IMG/VR virus record: IMGVR_UViG_3300032261_000018
Location: 1 to 44,083 of that record
Reading direction: 5' to 3' (one strand)
Length of the DNA stretch: 44,083 nt
From: a virus
Lineage: Duplodnaviria > Caudoviricetes
Each line of letters begins with the position of its first letter. The first letter of the stretch is position 1. The notes under the pieces are model-generated. The model did not search any database. It saw only the letters and a list, made by a program, of their open reading frames with translations, and had not been told where the DNA came from. Shown piece by piece: positions 27,427-36,424 of the stretch. The translations under genes and the position numbers were made by a program.

Positions 27427-28500
27427 TCACGACTCCTCGTCTTTCCACTGTCCGCGCTGCCGCCACTCGGCCTCCATCGCGTCCATGAAGGCCGACTGCT
27501 GAATCGGGGGCGGCGAGTGCGGTGAGCCGGTGACGACACCCGCCGCTTCCTTTCGCAGCTCGGCCTCGCGCTTGATACGCGCATCGCGCTCGTCGTCTTG
27601 CACCTTGCGGCGCGTGACCGTCCCCGTTCGCATGAGGTCGTAGACCGCCTGCACCCCGAGATCGCGCTGGCTCGCGTCCCCGTACAGGATCGCCTGCACG
27701 AACGGATGCTGTTCCCCCAGCTCACCGATCTTCTGCGCCATCTTCGCCCCCGCCTCGTCGAGGTTGATGTTGAGGCGAGCGAAGGATTCCCCGAGTGCCT
27801 GGTCGAGCGGCTGCGGAGCCTGCCCGTTCTGCTGCTGGGCGGCTGCGCCCGCGAGATCCATCTGCACCTGCGTCCCGATCTGCGACGCGAGTAGCGCGTT
27901 CTCCTCGGCGATGCGCCGGAGCACACCGTTGAAGAGCGTGATGTTGCCGCTGAAGGCCGCAGCGCGCGCGTACTCCAGCGGATTCATCAACGACTGCTCG
28001 ATCCACGCCTCCTCCTGCGTAGAGAGCGGCATCGCGGCGCGCTGCTGCGTCTGCGCCTGCTGCTCGATGGACTGCGCGTACTGATACCACTGGTTCGCGA
28101 GCTGCTCGGCCTCCTGCTTCTCGCGTGCGAGTCGCCCGATGTGCTGTTCCTTCTCACGCGCGGACTTGGCCCAGGCTGCCGGGTCGTCTCCGAGCGTCTT
28201 CTTCGCCCAGACGACGTTCGCATCCTCGCCCTCTTCCTCTTCTTCCTCTTCCGCCTTCGGCTCTTCCTCGGAAACCGGCTCCGGGGCTTCGAGTGGAGGC
28301 TCTTCTTCTGGCTCCGGCTCTCCTCCCGGCTCGTCCGGGACGACAATCGGGGCCTCTTCCTCCTCTTCTCCCGGGGGAGCGGGCGGCAGCGTCGGATCCG
28401 CTGGCTCCGCGAGGGCCTCTCCGACCGAGCGAGGCCGCCCCGAGAAGACCTCCTCGCTCAAGAACTGGGCAAACTCCTTCTCGCTCATGGCTTCGCTCAC
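27427..28500 (-). CDS. capsid scaffolding protein (357 aa)
   Basis: Acidic P/E-rich N-terminus, coiled coil, upstream of the capsid gene. Confidence 0.75.
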   Translation of the reverse strand: MSEAMSEKEFAQFLSEEVFSGRPRSVGEALAEPADPTLPPAPPGEEEEEAPIVVPDEPGGEPEPEEEPPLEAPEPVSEEEPKAEEEEEEEGEDANVVWAKKTLGDDPAAWAKSAREKEQHIGRLAREKQEAEQLANQWYQYAQSIEQQAQTQQRAAMPLSTQEEAWIEQSLMNPLEYARAAAFSGNITLFNGVLRRIAEENALLASQIGTQVQMDLAGAAAQQQNGQAPQPLDQALGESFARLNINLDEAGAKMAQKIGELGEQHPFVQAILYGDASQRDLGVQAVYDLMRTGTVTRRKVQDDERDARIKREAELRKEAAGVVTGSPHSPPPIQQSAFMDAMEAEWRQRGQWKDEES

Positions 28501-28796
28501 TCTTCGACCTCCATCTCGATCCCCTGCTCCTTCAAGAACCGCTCCAGGGTGGCCTGCGCGCTTCGCGGAACGCCGACGAACCAGTTGAGCGCCGCGATAG
28601 TGCCTCTGATCGTGTCGAGCTTACGCTGATCTGCTCCCTCCGGGGCCAGCGCGAGCGCACTCGCGACCTTCCGCAGGCGCTCCACCTTGCGTTCGACCTC
28701 CTCTTCCAGCTCTTTCCAGCCCGTCGTCGAGAGCAGAGAGGAGAGACGGTCGGCCCTGCGGTTCAGCTCACGCTGCGTCTCCTCGGAGACGCTCAC
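28497..28796 (-). CDS. small helical protein between portal and scaffold (99 aa)
   Basis: LLSTTGWKEL motif; GTGA overlaps. Confidence 0.7.
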   Translation of the reverse strand: MSVSEETQRELNRRADRLSSLLSTTGWKELEEEVERKVERLRKVASALALAPEGADQRKLDTIRGTIAALNWFVGVPRSAQATLERFLKEQGIEMEVEE

Positions 28797-30745
28797 TTCC
28801 CGAGCTGCTGAACAGCCTGGAGCTGCTGCTGGGCGAACTGCTCGGGGGTGTAGGCGAGGCCGTTAGCCCCCGGCCCGGCCATTCCCATCCCGAGCGGAAG
28901 GCTCGTCTGCCCGGTAGAGCCTACGGGCGGCGTCCCCGGGTTCATCTGCCCCTGGATCGTCTCCGGGCTAGGGGGGGTGCCCGGGCCTTGCGGCATCCCG
29001 GGCGGTGCGGGCTGCCCCGGCTGGGGGGGCGGGGGCGTGTTGAAGTAGCTCTGCGTGTCCTGGATCCCGTTCGCATCCAGCACCCTTTCCACGAACGGCT
29101 GCATGTTCACCGGCACCCCGAGCGGCACGAGCTGCGCCGCCATGTTCACGAGCGCCATCGCCTCCGACATCTTCTCCTGCTTGACGGCCGACTCGTCCAT
29201 GACGTTGATCTGCACGTCGAACTCGCCCTGGAGCTGGAGGGGGTGGATGACGAGAAGCTGCGTCGAGCCTCCCTCGCCCGCCTGCGGGATGACCCGCTCC
29301 TGGCGAAGCATCTGCCCCAGCATCCCGAGGAAGAGTTCCCCGACCTTCGCGAACGCCCACATGTAGTGCTGCTTGCGCGCCTGGATGATGCGCTGCGCGA
29401 TGGAGGTCACGATGCTCATGCCGGTCGCGGTGTTCTGCGCGTTCGAGAGGCCCGACTCGGTGCCGCCCGCGAAGGCGAGTCCGCCCATGATGTTCTGGAG
29501 GTCGCCCTTCATCAGCGACTCCGCTTCCAGCGTGATCTGCGCTGCGGTGGAGTCGATCTTGAGCTGATCGACCTGCCCCGGGTCTTCCACGATCCACTGA
29601 GCGCCGGGGTAGAACTCGAACGAGTCGGGGTCGTCCACGTCCGAGCGGATCAGGGTGATGACGTTGGTCAGGAGCCTGAGCGCGTCCAGGCGTTGATTCT
29701 GGAGCGTCCACAGATACTCCTGGATCTGCGCCAGGGACTCGACCACGCTGATCCCTGGAACCTGGAAGGCGTCCGGCATCGCCGAGCAGACGACGAAGGG
29801 CTTGCGCTTGATGCGGAGAGGGTTCTTGCGCGAGGCGAGAACGGTGTTGCGACCGCCGACCGTGACCACGCGGTCGTCCGTCCAGTATTCGAGAACCTCG
29901 ATCAGGTTCTTGTTCCGCTGCTGCGCCCAGAGCATCTGCTCGCGCTCGGTCAGGTCTTGCTGGGCCTGCGCGTTGCGCGCTTCCTTCAGGTTGTCCACGT
30001 TGGCGAAGAGTCCGGCCTTCTCCTTGTCCTTCAGCGAGTCGAACGTCTCCCAGCTCCGGTCGATCACCCAGGCCGCGTCGTCGAGTCCCTTCGCGCCCTC
30101 GGGCCAGAAGAAGTCACGCACGTCGCGCACGATCATCGAGGGGCCGTCTTTCAGGACGACGTTCTGGGTCTTCTCTTCCGCCGTCGTGTAGCGGTCAACG
30201 ATGGAACCCCAGTCGTCGGAAACCTCGACCTCCATCGGCACCAGGATCGTCTGATCCGAACGCTCGTAGGCCCACACGACCTTGGCGACGGTCAGACCGG
30301 CGATCAAGTCCTGCTGCATGAAGGGGCGCTGCTTGAGCTGGAAGTCGTCGTCGTCCATCGACCACTGGAGCACGGCCGAGGCGATCTTGGTGGACTGCTG
30401 GCGGCCGAGGATGTCCTGGAGCTGGTCGCCCGGGCGTGGCTTGGGCTGAACCTCCCACTTCGGGTGCGCGTCGATCAGTGTCGCCAGCATCCCTTCGAGC
30501 ACCTGGAGGATGTAGGGCGTGGTCAGCGTCGAGCGCCAGGTCTGCGTGTCCGAGTTGCGGCGCTCGGCGATCCCCCGGTACGCCTTGTACCGGCGCTCGA
30601 TCTTCTTCGTCCAGTTGATGTGGAACGGCTCGACCGAGTTGAGCTGAGCCACCACCATCGACAGCTCGTCCTGGAAGTGGATGTCCGGGCTGCCGTACGG
30701 ATCCGTCGTCAGCGCAGGGGCGGCTGATCCTTCCTGCTTAGCCAC
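28793..30745 (-). CDS. portal protein (P22/SU10-like, 650 aa)
   Basis: G..VAKVVW, DFF.PE, EVLEYW, TATG motif, Q/P-rich tail. Confidence 0.9.
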   Translation of the reverse strand: MAKQEGSAAPALTTDPYGSPDIHFQDELSMVVAQLNSVEPFHINWTKKIERRYKAYRGIAERRNSDTQTWRSTLTTPYILQVLEGMLATLIDAHPKWEVQPKPRPGDQLQDILGRQQSTKIASAVLQWSMDDDDFQLKQRPFMQQDLIAGLTVAKVVWAYERSDQTILVPMEVEVSDDWGSIVDRYTTAEEKTQNVVLKDGPSMIVRDVRDFFWPEGAKGLDDAAWVIDRSWETFDSLKDKEKAGLFANVDNLKEARNAQAQQDLTEREQMLWAQQRNKNLIEVLEYWTDDRVVTVGGRNTVLASRKNPLRIKRKPFVVCSAMPDAFQVPGISVVESLAQIQEYLWTLQNQRLDALRLLTNVITLIRSDVDDPDSFEFYPGAQWIVEDPGQVDQLKIDSTAAQITLEAESLMKGDLQNIMGGLAFAGGTESGLSNAQNTATGMSIVTSIAQRIIQARKQHYMWAFAKVGELFLGMLGQMLRQERVIPQAGEGGSTQLLVIHPLQLQGEFDVQINVMDESAVKQEKMSEAMALVNMAAQLVPLGVPVNMQPFVERVLDANGIQDTQSYFNTPPPPQPGQPAPPGMPQGPGTPPSPETIQGQMNPGTPPVGSTGQTSLPLGMGMAGPGANGLAYTPEQFAQQQLQAVQQLGK

Positions 30746-31157
30746 CGAGCTGTGCCAGTTGCGATTGCTTCTTCTGCGCGCCGCCGAGGATCGACTGAAG
30801 AGCGCCCATGCCCTTGACGATCCCCTGCCCGGTCTGCTCGTCCGGCTCGATGGCGAGCGCCATCATCAAGTGCTGCATCGCAGCCTGGATGTGATCGGTC
30901 GGCGACATCTGCGAGACGGGGATGTCGTCGGGGCCGCCCTGAAGTCCGGGATCCGGCCCGGGGCCGAGGCCGGGGCCGCCACCAGGGCCACCCCCACCAC
31001 CGCCACCGAGCGCGGCCATGAGCGCACCCATTCCACCCGGGCCTGCGGGCACCGGCCCCTGGTTGAGCGCGTCCATCGGCCCCGGTGCCCCGCCGCCTCC
31101 GGGCGCTGGCGCGAGGCCGGGAGCGGCGCTCGGGTCGGGGGGCATCATCATCGACAT
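30738..31157 (-). CDS. Pro/Gly-rich protein (139 aa)
   Basis: AGGAGG SD; sits between TerL and portal. Confidence 0.7.
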   Translation of the reverse strand: MSMMMPPDPSAAPGLAPAPGGGGAPGPMDALNQGPVPAGPGGMGALMAALGGGGGGGPGGGPGLGPGPDPGLQGGPDDIPVSQMSPTDHIQAAMQHLMMALAIEPDEQTGQGIVKGMGALQSILGGAQKKQSQLAQLGG

Positions 31158-31166
31158 CGCGACCTC

Positions 31167-32768
31167 CTAGCTCCAGGCGTAATCAGCGACATACTCCTTC
31201 TTCTCTCTCCTCCGGGACAATCGCACATCGCGCGGATGTTCTCCGTACCTGCGGTACATCTCTAGCGCGCCCGCGAGCGCCATCACGCGGTCGTCGTTCG
31301 TCCCCTCGGCCGCTCGCGGCGAGGGCGTCGTGTCCCGGCGCACGAAGGTCTTGCACTCCAGGATCGTGCTCATCGGGATGTGCGGCAGCGACTCCTCGCG
31401 AATCGCCATCTCCAGCGCCGAGATGATGAGCGGCCTGGTCTTGGTCGTGATCGGGAAGCCGTAGGTGATGTTCTGCCGGTAGTCCGGCCTGTCGTCCTGG
31501 ACGTGCCGGTAGAGCTTCGGGTAGGGGCGGCGACCACGCTTGCCGTCCCGGAGCAGGATCACGACCGGCTCGCCGAAGCCGCCACCCATCTCGATGGCGA
31601 TGCGCGCGGTCGCATACCAGCGCCCGAGGAAGTGGAGCTGCTCGGCGGTGAGGTCAGGGTCGATCTTCCCGTGCAGCTCGGCCGCGAGATTCATGTTCGA
31701 GAGGTCGATGACGAAGGCGCAGGTGAAGTCCTTGCCGCGCCCGGTCGCGATGTCGGCGTAGATCGCGTACTCGCGCGACTTGTTCGGGAGGTCGTACACC
31801 CAGATCCAGCCTTCCTTGCTCTTGTCCAGCGTCGCCTTCGCCCCTGACTCCTCCGGCAGGAAGCGCGCCCGGAAGAGCACGTCGCGCACCTTCTTCGCGT
31901 AGCTGTCGAGGGCGTCGGTGGAGAACCAGCAGCCCGATGTGCCGAGAAACGCCTCGGCCGCATTCAGCGGGTACTGCTCGGACATGTCGGCGGGTGAGAG
32001 CGTCCGCCGCATCCGCTTGAACCAGTCCTCGTCTCGGCCCGGATGCTTGTCGGCCCCGATGAAGACCGAGGAGATGTTGCGGTCGGCCGCTTCCGTCCAC
32101 AGCTCGTAGAAGAGGTTGCCGTAGCCGTTCGCGGTCGAGACGATGATGAGCTGTCCGCCGTCGGCCATCGTCGGGATGAACGCCTTGTACGAGTCGGAAG
32201 CCCACTGGTGGCGTGCGAACTCGTCCAGGAAGACGACCGATGCCGTCTCGCCGTGCCCAGCTCGCGGCGTCGAGGGCATGGCGATGAGCGAGGAGATGCG
32301 TCCGTCCGGGAACTCCCACTCGATCTTCGATGACGGCCTGCCGCGCTCGGGCTTGACGATCTTGGCCTCGAAGCGCAGGTGCTCGGGCGAGTTCTCCCAC
32401 AGATCCCAGGCTCGACCGACGAGCTTCACCGATTCCGTCTCGTTGGTGGAGACGCAGAGCGCGCGCGTGCCCGGCTGGGTCAGGCATTTCCACTCGCAGT
32501 AGCCGATCCCGAGCCAGCTCACCCCGAGCTGGCGCGCCTTCAGCCTGAGCACCATCTGGTTGCCGAGGTACGAGTTCAGCTCGTCGCGCTGCCACTCCCA
32601 GCCCTGGTCGAAGTGGAAGTAGAACTCCTCGCCGGTCTTCGGATCGACGGCCTTCGTGTGCCGCAGCCATTCGCCCGGATGCCCGGAGGCTGCTTCTACC
32701 TCTGATTCGAGCTTTGCGAGCCGCTCCCCGAGCAAACGCTCGATTGAGGGATCGGCAACGACGGACAT
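31167..32768 (-). CDS. terL: terminase large subunit
   Basis: LKARQLGVS (Walker A variant), VFLDEFA, IVSTANG, YADIATG.GKDF, NDDRVMA; start 32768 preferred over 32825. Confidence 0.95.
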   Translation of the reverse strand: MSVVADPSIERLLGERLAKLESEVEAASGHPGEWLRHTKAVDPKTGEEFYFHFDQGWEWQRDELNSYLGNQMVLRLKARQLGVSWLGIGYCEWKCLTQPGTRALCVSTNETESVKLVGRAWDLWENSPEHLRFEAKIVKPERGRPSSKIEWEFPDGRISSLIAMPSTPRAGHGETASVVFLDEFARHQWASDSYKAFIPTMADGGQLIIVSTANGYGNLFYELWTEAADRNISSVFIGADKHPGRDEDWFKRMRRTLSPADMSEQYPLNAAEAFLGTSGCWFSTDALDSYAKKVRDVLFRARFLPEESGAKATLDKSKEGWIWVYDLPNKSREYAIYADIATGRGKDFTCAFVIDLSNMNLAAELHGKIDPDLTAEQLHFLGRWYATARIAIEMGGGFGEPVVILLRDGKRGRRPYPKLYRHVQDDRPDYRQNITYGFPITTKTRPLIISALEMAIREESLPHIPMSTILECKTFVRRDTTPSPRAAEGTNDDRVMALAGALEMYRRYGEHPRDVRLSRRREKKEYVADYAWS

Positions 32769-32774
32769 CTCTTG

Positions 32775-32781
32775 TAGGGTA
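32775..32781. promoter_or_regulatory. Candidate bidirectional -10 element (TAGGGTA)
   Basis: TAGGGT on +, TACCCT on - lying 7 nt before the TerL ATG. Confidence 0.35.
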
Positions 32782-32888
32782 TGCCGTTCACATCCCATAC
32801 GCAGCAGCGGGGTTGCCTCTGGCACCCGTGATGAGCGTCAAGATGCCTTCGGTTCCCCCGCTGCAAGTCCGCACAGGAGGGCTGATCC

Positions 32889-33215
32889 GTGCGCGTACTC
32901 GTCGGCATGATAGTTGCGCTTTCGCTGTTCGCAACTTCGGCAACCGCAGGCTCGCAAGACTCTTCGTCCTACAACGCGAGCGTCATTCGCAAGGTCTTTG
33001 GCCCCTATGGAGCGCAGGCGGTCAGAGTCGCCTACTGCGAATCGCGGCTCTCGATCTGGTCACGGAACGGCCAGTACTGGGGGCTGTTCCAGATGGGGTC
33101 ATACGCTCGCTCCCGTTACGGCCACGCCTGGAATGCATGGGCCGAATCGCGAGCGGCCTATCACTACTTCCGCGACTCGGGTCGCACCTGGGGGCCGTGG
33201 AGCTGTCGCCCTTAG
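32889..33215 (+). CDS. secreted lysozyme-like/lytic transglycosylase (108 aa), antisense to the late operon
   Basis: Signal-peptide-like N-terminus; A.RVAYCES...GLFQM...WGPWSC; AGGAGG SD. Confidence 0.8.
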   Translation: MRVLVGMIVALSLFATSATAGSQDSSSYNASVIRKVFGPYGAQAVRVAYCESRLSIWSRNGQYWGLFQMGSYARSRYGHAWNAWAESRAAYHYFRDSGRTWGPWSCRP

Positions 33216-33667
33216 CTGTAGGTGAACGCGCCCGTCTTGGTGCCGTTGCCGTTCGGCGAGAGCACCACGACATCCACAGCTCCGGCGGCATGAGCCGGAG
33301 CCGTCACGGTGATCGAGCTGTCCGAGTTGACGACGAACGCCGTCCCGGCCACACCGCCGAACGTCACCCCGGTCGCCCCGGTGAGATACGAACCCGTGAT
33401 CGTGACGACCGTTCCTCCGGCGATTCCGCCTCCGCTGGGAGCGACCGTCGTGACCAGCGCAGCAGCAGGCTGAAAGGTCAGCGGCGCGACCAGATCCTTG
33501 AGGCCGTGCTTCGCCGCCCAGTGTGCGAGGCATAGGTTCTCGGCCGCAACGGAGTTCCCGCCCACCGTTGCGAGAGCGGGAACTCCACAGGGGTTGTTCT
33601 GGATCGGCGGGTACCAGGGGAGATGCGTGTCCGCGAAGCCCCTGGGAGTCGCCGAGCAGACGGGCAT
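33212..33667 (-). CDS. IPT/TIG Ig-like domain protein (151 aa)
   Basis: P.GG..AGGT.VTITGS.LTGAT.V.FGG...SDS.ITV..PA...G.VDV.V. Confidence 0.85.
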   Translation of the reverse strand: MPVCSATPRGFADTHLPWYPPIQNNPCGVPALATVGGNSVAAENLCLAHWAAKHGLKDLVAPLTFQPAAALVTTVAPSGGGIAGGTVVTITGSYLTGATGVTFGGVAGTAFVVNSDSSITVTAPAHAAGAVDVVVLSPNGNGTKTGAFTYS

Positions 33668-34054
33668 CTACGCCTTCTCGGCCTCCGCGATCCTGGAGGC
33701 GCGCGTCGCCTTCTTGGCTTCCTTCTCCTCCTCTGCGGCTGCCTTCTCTGCCTCTGCGGCCTCTTCCTCGGCCTCGGCCTCGGCCGCTGCCGCTGCCTCC
33801 TCGTCGGCCTCGACCGTGATCTGCACCACGGGGCTGACCAGCACCGGCTCCGGTGCCTGGAGGACGACGTTCCCCTCCGAGTCCTCGACCTCGTTCCCCT
33901 CCGAGTCGAGCACCGGCTCCGGCTCGGGCTGCTCGGGATCGTCCACGACATCGAGCGAGCCATCGGCCGCGAGCGCGTGCAGGAAGACCTGGTAGTCCTC
34001 CTGCGAACCCCGGAGCTGCGCGCTCGCCAGCTCCGACTTGGTGATCTCTGCCAC
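33668..34054 (-). CDS. acidic hypothetical protein (128 aa)
   Basis: GAGGAGGAG SD, GTG; DSEGN repeat. Confidence 0.7.
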   Translation of the reverse strand: MAEITKSELASAQLRGSQEDYQVFLHALAADGSLDVVDDPEQPEPEPVLDSEGNEVEDSEGNVVLQAPEPVLVSPVVQITVEADEEAAAAAEAEAEEEAAEAEKAAAEEEKEAKKATRASRIAEAEKA

Positions 34055-34064
34055 GTCTCCTCCT

Positions 34065-34277
34065 CTACGCCGGTTGCTTACGTCGTCGTCCGTCCTTGGG
34101 AGCGGGCGGCTTCGTCTCCGTCGGAGCCACGAAGTCCTCCGCTCTGACCAGTCGCTCCTGGTAGCCGAAGGCAGCGACATGGTGCATCGAGCACCGCTTC
34201 TTTCCATCCGGCCCGACCCAGCGTCCCTCGGACGAGCAAGGCCCGATGAGTGCGGACGAGGCTTCGCAGAGCGCCAT
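34065..34277 (-). CDS. small Cys/His protein (70 aa)
   Basis: GAGGAG SD. Confidence 0.65.
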   Translation of the reverse strand: MALCEASSALIGPCSSEGRWVGPDGKKRCSMHHVAAFGYQERLVRAEDFVAPTETKPPAPKDGRRRKQPA

Positions 34278-34286
34278 CTCTCCTCC

Positions 34287-34700
34287 TCAGACCGTGTAGA
34301 CGGCCCCACCCATGACGGTTGCGGGAATCGCTGTCGTGACGACAGCAGTCTTCTGGCCTGCCGCGAGATAGGTGCAGGGCGTGAGGACGCCGGTCGTGTT
34401 CACGACCGAAGCGGGTGTCGAGTCGTTGGCGATGGAGGCAGGGTTGTACGTGATCGAGCTACAGCTCCCACCGAGCGCACCGCCGATGCTCGCAGCCTGC
34501 GCTCCCGGGACGACCTCGATGATCGCGATGCCGAGATCGGCGAGCCTCCCGGCCCAGCGTCGCTGAGCGCGACCGACCGATCCTCCGGCATACGCCTTGG
34601 GCACCGCGCACGCTCCCGGCCCGTTCCCGTTGCGGGAGAGCTTCTGGAGGAAGCGCGTCTGCTTGTCGAGCGGAAGACGAGTGATGAGCGAAGCTGCCAT
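34287..34700 (-). CDS. hypothetical protein (137 aa)
   Basis: Operon packing and codon pattern. Confidence 0.65.
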   Translation of the reverse strand: MAASLITRLPLDKQTRFLQKLSRNGNGPGACAVPKAYAGGSVGRAQRRWAGRLADLGIAIIEVVPGAQAASIGGALGGSCSSITYNPASIANDSTPASVVNTTGVLTPCTYLAAGQKTAVVTTAIPATVMGGAVYTV

Positions 34701-34729
34701 GAGCTACATCGTTCCCTCTCGGTCGGACA

Positions 34730-34966
34730 TCACGGGTTGTACTCCCCGATGAACGCGATCACCGTATTCGTGTTGTCAAACACCCCCACGAGCAGGGATC
34801 GCGAGAAGCCGCCCATGCCGAGAGAGTGGGAGATGTAGTACGCGCTCGCGACCTGGACGGCGGAGATGTTGTCGTACGAGCCTCCGATCCACGGCCCCTT
34901 GGTCACGGAATCGACCATGTGGTAGCAGTTGAACTGCTGGACTGGCGGGGCGAGCGGAGTCGGCAC
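34730..34966 (-). CDS. hypothetical protein (78 aa)
   Basis: Abuts the upstream stop. Confidence 0.6.
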   Translation of the reverse strand: MPTPLAPPVQQFNCYHMVDSVTKGPWIGGSYDNISAVQVASAYYISHSLGMGGFSRSLLVGVFDNTNTVIAFIGEYNP

Positions 34967-35149
34967 TCACTTCTTCTTCCGCCTGGACTGCCCGGTCTGC
35001 GAGAGCGCGATGGCGACGGCCTGTTTCTGCGAGCGCACGACCGGCCCCTTCTTCGAGCCGGAGTGCAGCGTGCCCGTCTTCCACTCGTGCATCACCTGCT
35101 TGACCTTGGCCTTCTTTCCGGCCTTGGTCTTGGGAACCTTGCGCGCCAC
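34967..35149 (-). CDS. DUF6496-like small basic protein (60 aa)
   Basis: KVKQVMHEWKTGTLHSG..GPVV.S.KQAVAIALS. Confidence 0.7.
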   Translation of the reverse strand: MARKVPKTKAGKKAKVKQVMHEWKTGTLHSGSKKGPVVRSQKQAVAIALSQTGQSRRKKK

Positions 35150-35152
35150 CTG

Positions 35153-35419
35153 CTACTTGCCCTTCGCGGCCTTGGCCTTCTTGGGGGGTGCCTTGCGCGC
35201 GCCCGCCTTGCGCCTGCGAACAGGCGGCCGGGCCTTGCGCGGAGCGGCCTTGGCCGGGGGTGCGGCCTTGCCCGCGCTAGGGGCCGCTGCTGCGGCGGCG
35301 GGAGCTGGCTGCTTGACTGCCCCGCCCGAGCCTCCGGGCACGCCCTTCGCACGCCAGTAGGCGGCAAGGCCAGGGGGCATGTTCTTCGTGGACTTGGGCT
35401 GGGGCGGCTTGCGTGCCAT
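35153..35419 (-). CDS. histone H1-like K/A/P-rich protein (88 aa)
   Basis: MARKPPQPK...KAAPRKARPPVRRRK; composition. Confidence 0.65.
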   Translation of the reverse strand: MARKPPQPKSTKNMPPGLAAYWRAKGVPGGSGGAVKQPAPAAAAAAPSAGKAAPPAKAAPRKARPPVRRRKAGARKAPPKKAKAAKGK

Positions 35420-35421
35420 CG

Positions 35422-35520
35422 CTACTTCCCCTTTCCCTTTCCGTGGACGAGCTGCATGTGCCGGGCAAGGGTCGTGCTCGACTTGAGCGACTTCCCGCAG
35501 GTGGGGCACTTGACCGCCAT
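35422..35520 (-). CDS. C2H2 zinc-finger microprotein (32 aa)
   Basis: MAVKCPTCGKSLKSSTTLARHMQLVHGKGKGK. Confidence 0.7.
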   Translation of the reverse strand: MAVKCPTCGKSLKSSTTLARHMQLVHGKGKGK

Positions 35521-35522
35521 CG

Positions 35523-35786
35523 TTACCTGCCTCCTCCCGTCTGCTTCGGCATCTTCGGAACCTTGGGCACGCGCAGCTTGAGCGCGGGCGCGCGCGGGAT
35601 CTTCTCCTTGGGCAGGCTCAGGCTGGACACGCGCATCCTCGGCGCGGCGGTTCTCGCGACCGCGAGCTTCGGTGCCTTCACCTTGGGCATGGCCGCCGCC
35701 TTGGGCATGGCCGGTGGCTTCTTGAGCTTGACCCGAGTCCGCACCTTGCGCCCGGCCGCACTCCCGATCTTCTTCGGCCCGGCCAT
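35523..35786 (-). CDS. K/P-rich basic protein (87 aa)
   Basis: TAATG coupling; composition. Confidence 0.65.
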   Translation of the reverse strand: MAGPKKIGSAAGRKVRTRVKLKKPPAMPKAAAMPKVKAPKLAVARTAAPRMRVSSLSLPKEKIPRAPALKLRVPKVPKMPKQTGGGR

Positions 35787-35866
35787 TACCAGTGGTGAAC
35801 CAGGTCGATGAGCAGGATGACGGCGATGGCCCAGAGCGCAAGCTCGGTGAGGGTGACGTTCCTCAT
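35786..35866 (-). CDS. single-TM peptide (26 aa)
   Basis: MRNVTLTELALWAIAVILLIDLVHHW; GGAGG SD. Confidence 0.55.
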   Translation of the reverse strand: MRNVTLTELALWAIAVILLIDLVHHW

Positions 35867-36081
35867 CACTTGCCTCCCTTGTTCATCTTCTTGAGCGTGA
35901 TCGCGAGCCGCGCACGCTGTCCCGTCTTGCCGCCCTGCTTGGCTGCGGCGGCGAGCTTCTTGGCCGGGATCGGCTTCCCCGGCTTGGCCCCGAGGGTCGA
36001 GCGCAGAGCGCCCGGCTTCTTGATCGCGCCCGCGATCCAGTTCTTCGACTTGGGCTTGGCCTTCGCCTTCCTCGCGGCCAT
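35866..36081 (-). CDS. conserved small basic phage protein (71 aa)
   Basis: WIAGAIKKPGALR..LG...IPAKKL.AAAK..GK.GQRARLA.TL. Confidence 0.75.
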   Translation of the reverse strand: MAARKAKAKPKSKNWIAGAIKKPGALRSTLGAKPGKPIPAKKLAAAAKQGGKTGQRARLAITLKKMNKGGK

Positions 36082-36407
36082 CACTCCTCCTTCTTCTCGC
36101 CGGGCCACGGCTCCATGATTCTCGTCTCCGGCTCGGACAGTCTGCTCTTCTCCTCGCGGCGCTGCCCCGGGAAGTCGCCGCTGTCCCTGCGGAGATGCAC
36201 GACCGAGAAGCCGACGTAGCTGCCAAGCACTCCGAGCACGCCGCTGACCGCTCCCACAAGCACCTGCGCCGTGTTCTCTCCGAGCGTGGGCGTGGGATTG
36301 TGGTGCTGCACGATGTTGAGGATGACGGCCAACATCACCAGGGACATCATCGCCATCAAGCCGCTGGCGAGGATGATCGCCACGTAGTCCACTCCGCGCA
36401 GCTTCAT
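36081..36407 (-). CDS. holin (2 TM, 108 aa)
   Basis: Two hydrophobic segments, charged tail, follows the endolysin. Confidence 0.65.
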   Translation of the reverse strand: MKLRGVDYVAIILASGLMAMMSLVMLAVILNIVQHHNPTPTLGENTAQVLVGAVSGVLGVLGSYVGFSVVHLRRDSGDFPGQRREEKSRLSEPETRIMEPWPGEKKEE

Positions 36408-36424
36408 GCTGCGAATGGTGGCGC

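Noticed and set aside
25483-30727. Long + strand ORFs (641 aa, 579 aa and similar) opposite capsid and portal
   Set aside because: Antisense shadows of high-GC coding genes; no SD or recognisable domains
32827-32852. GTGATGAG...stem as a hammerhead ribozyme
   Set aside because: Lacks the CUGANGA and GAAA core
34698-34720. ATG-TAG start-stop in frame upstream of the 137-aa gene, suggesting amber recoding
   Set aside because: TAG is used as a normal stop throughout the genome; single instance with poor SD spacing
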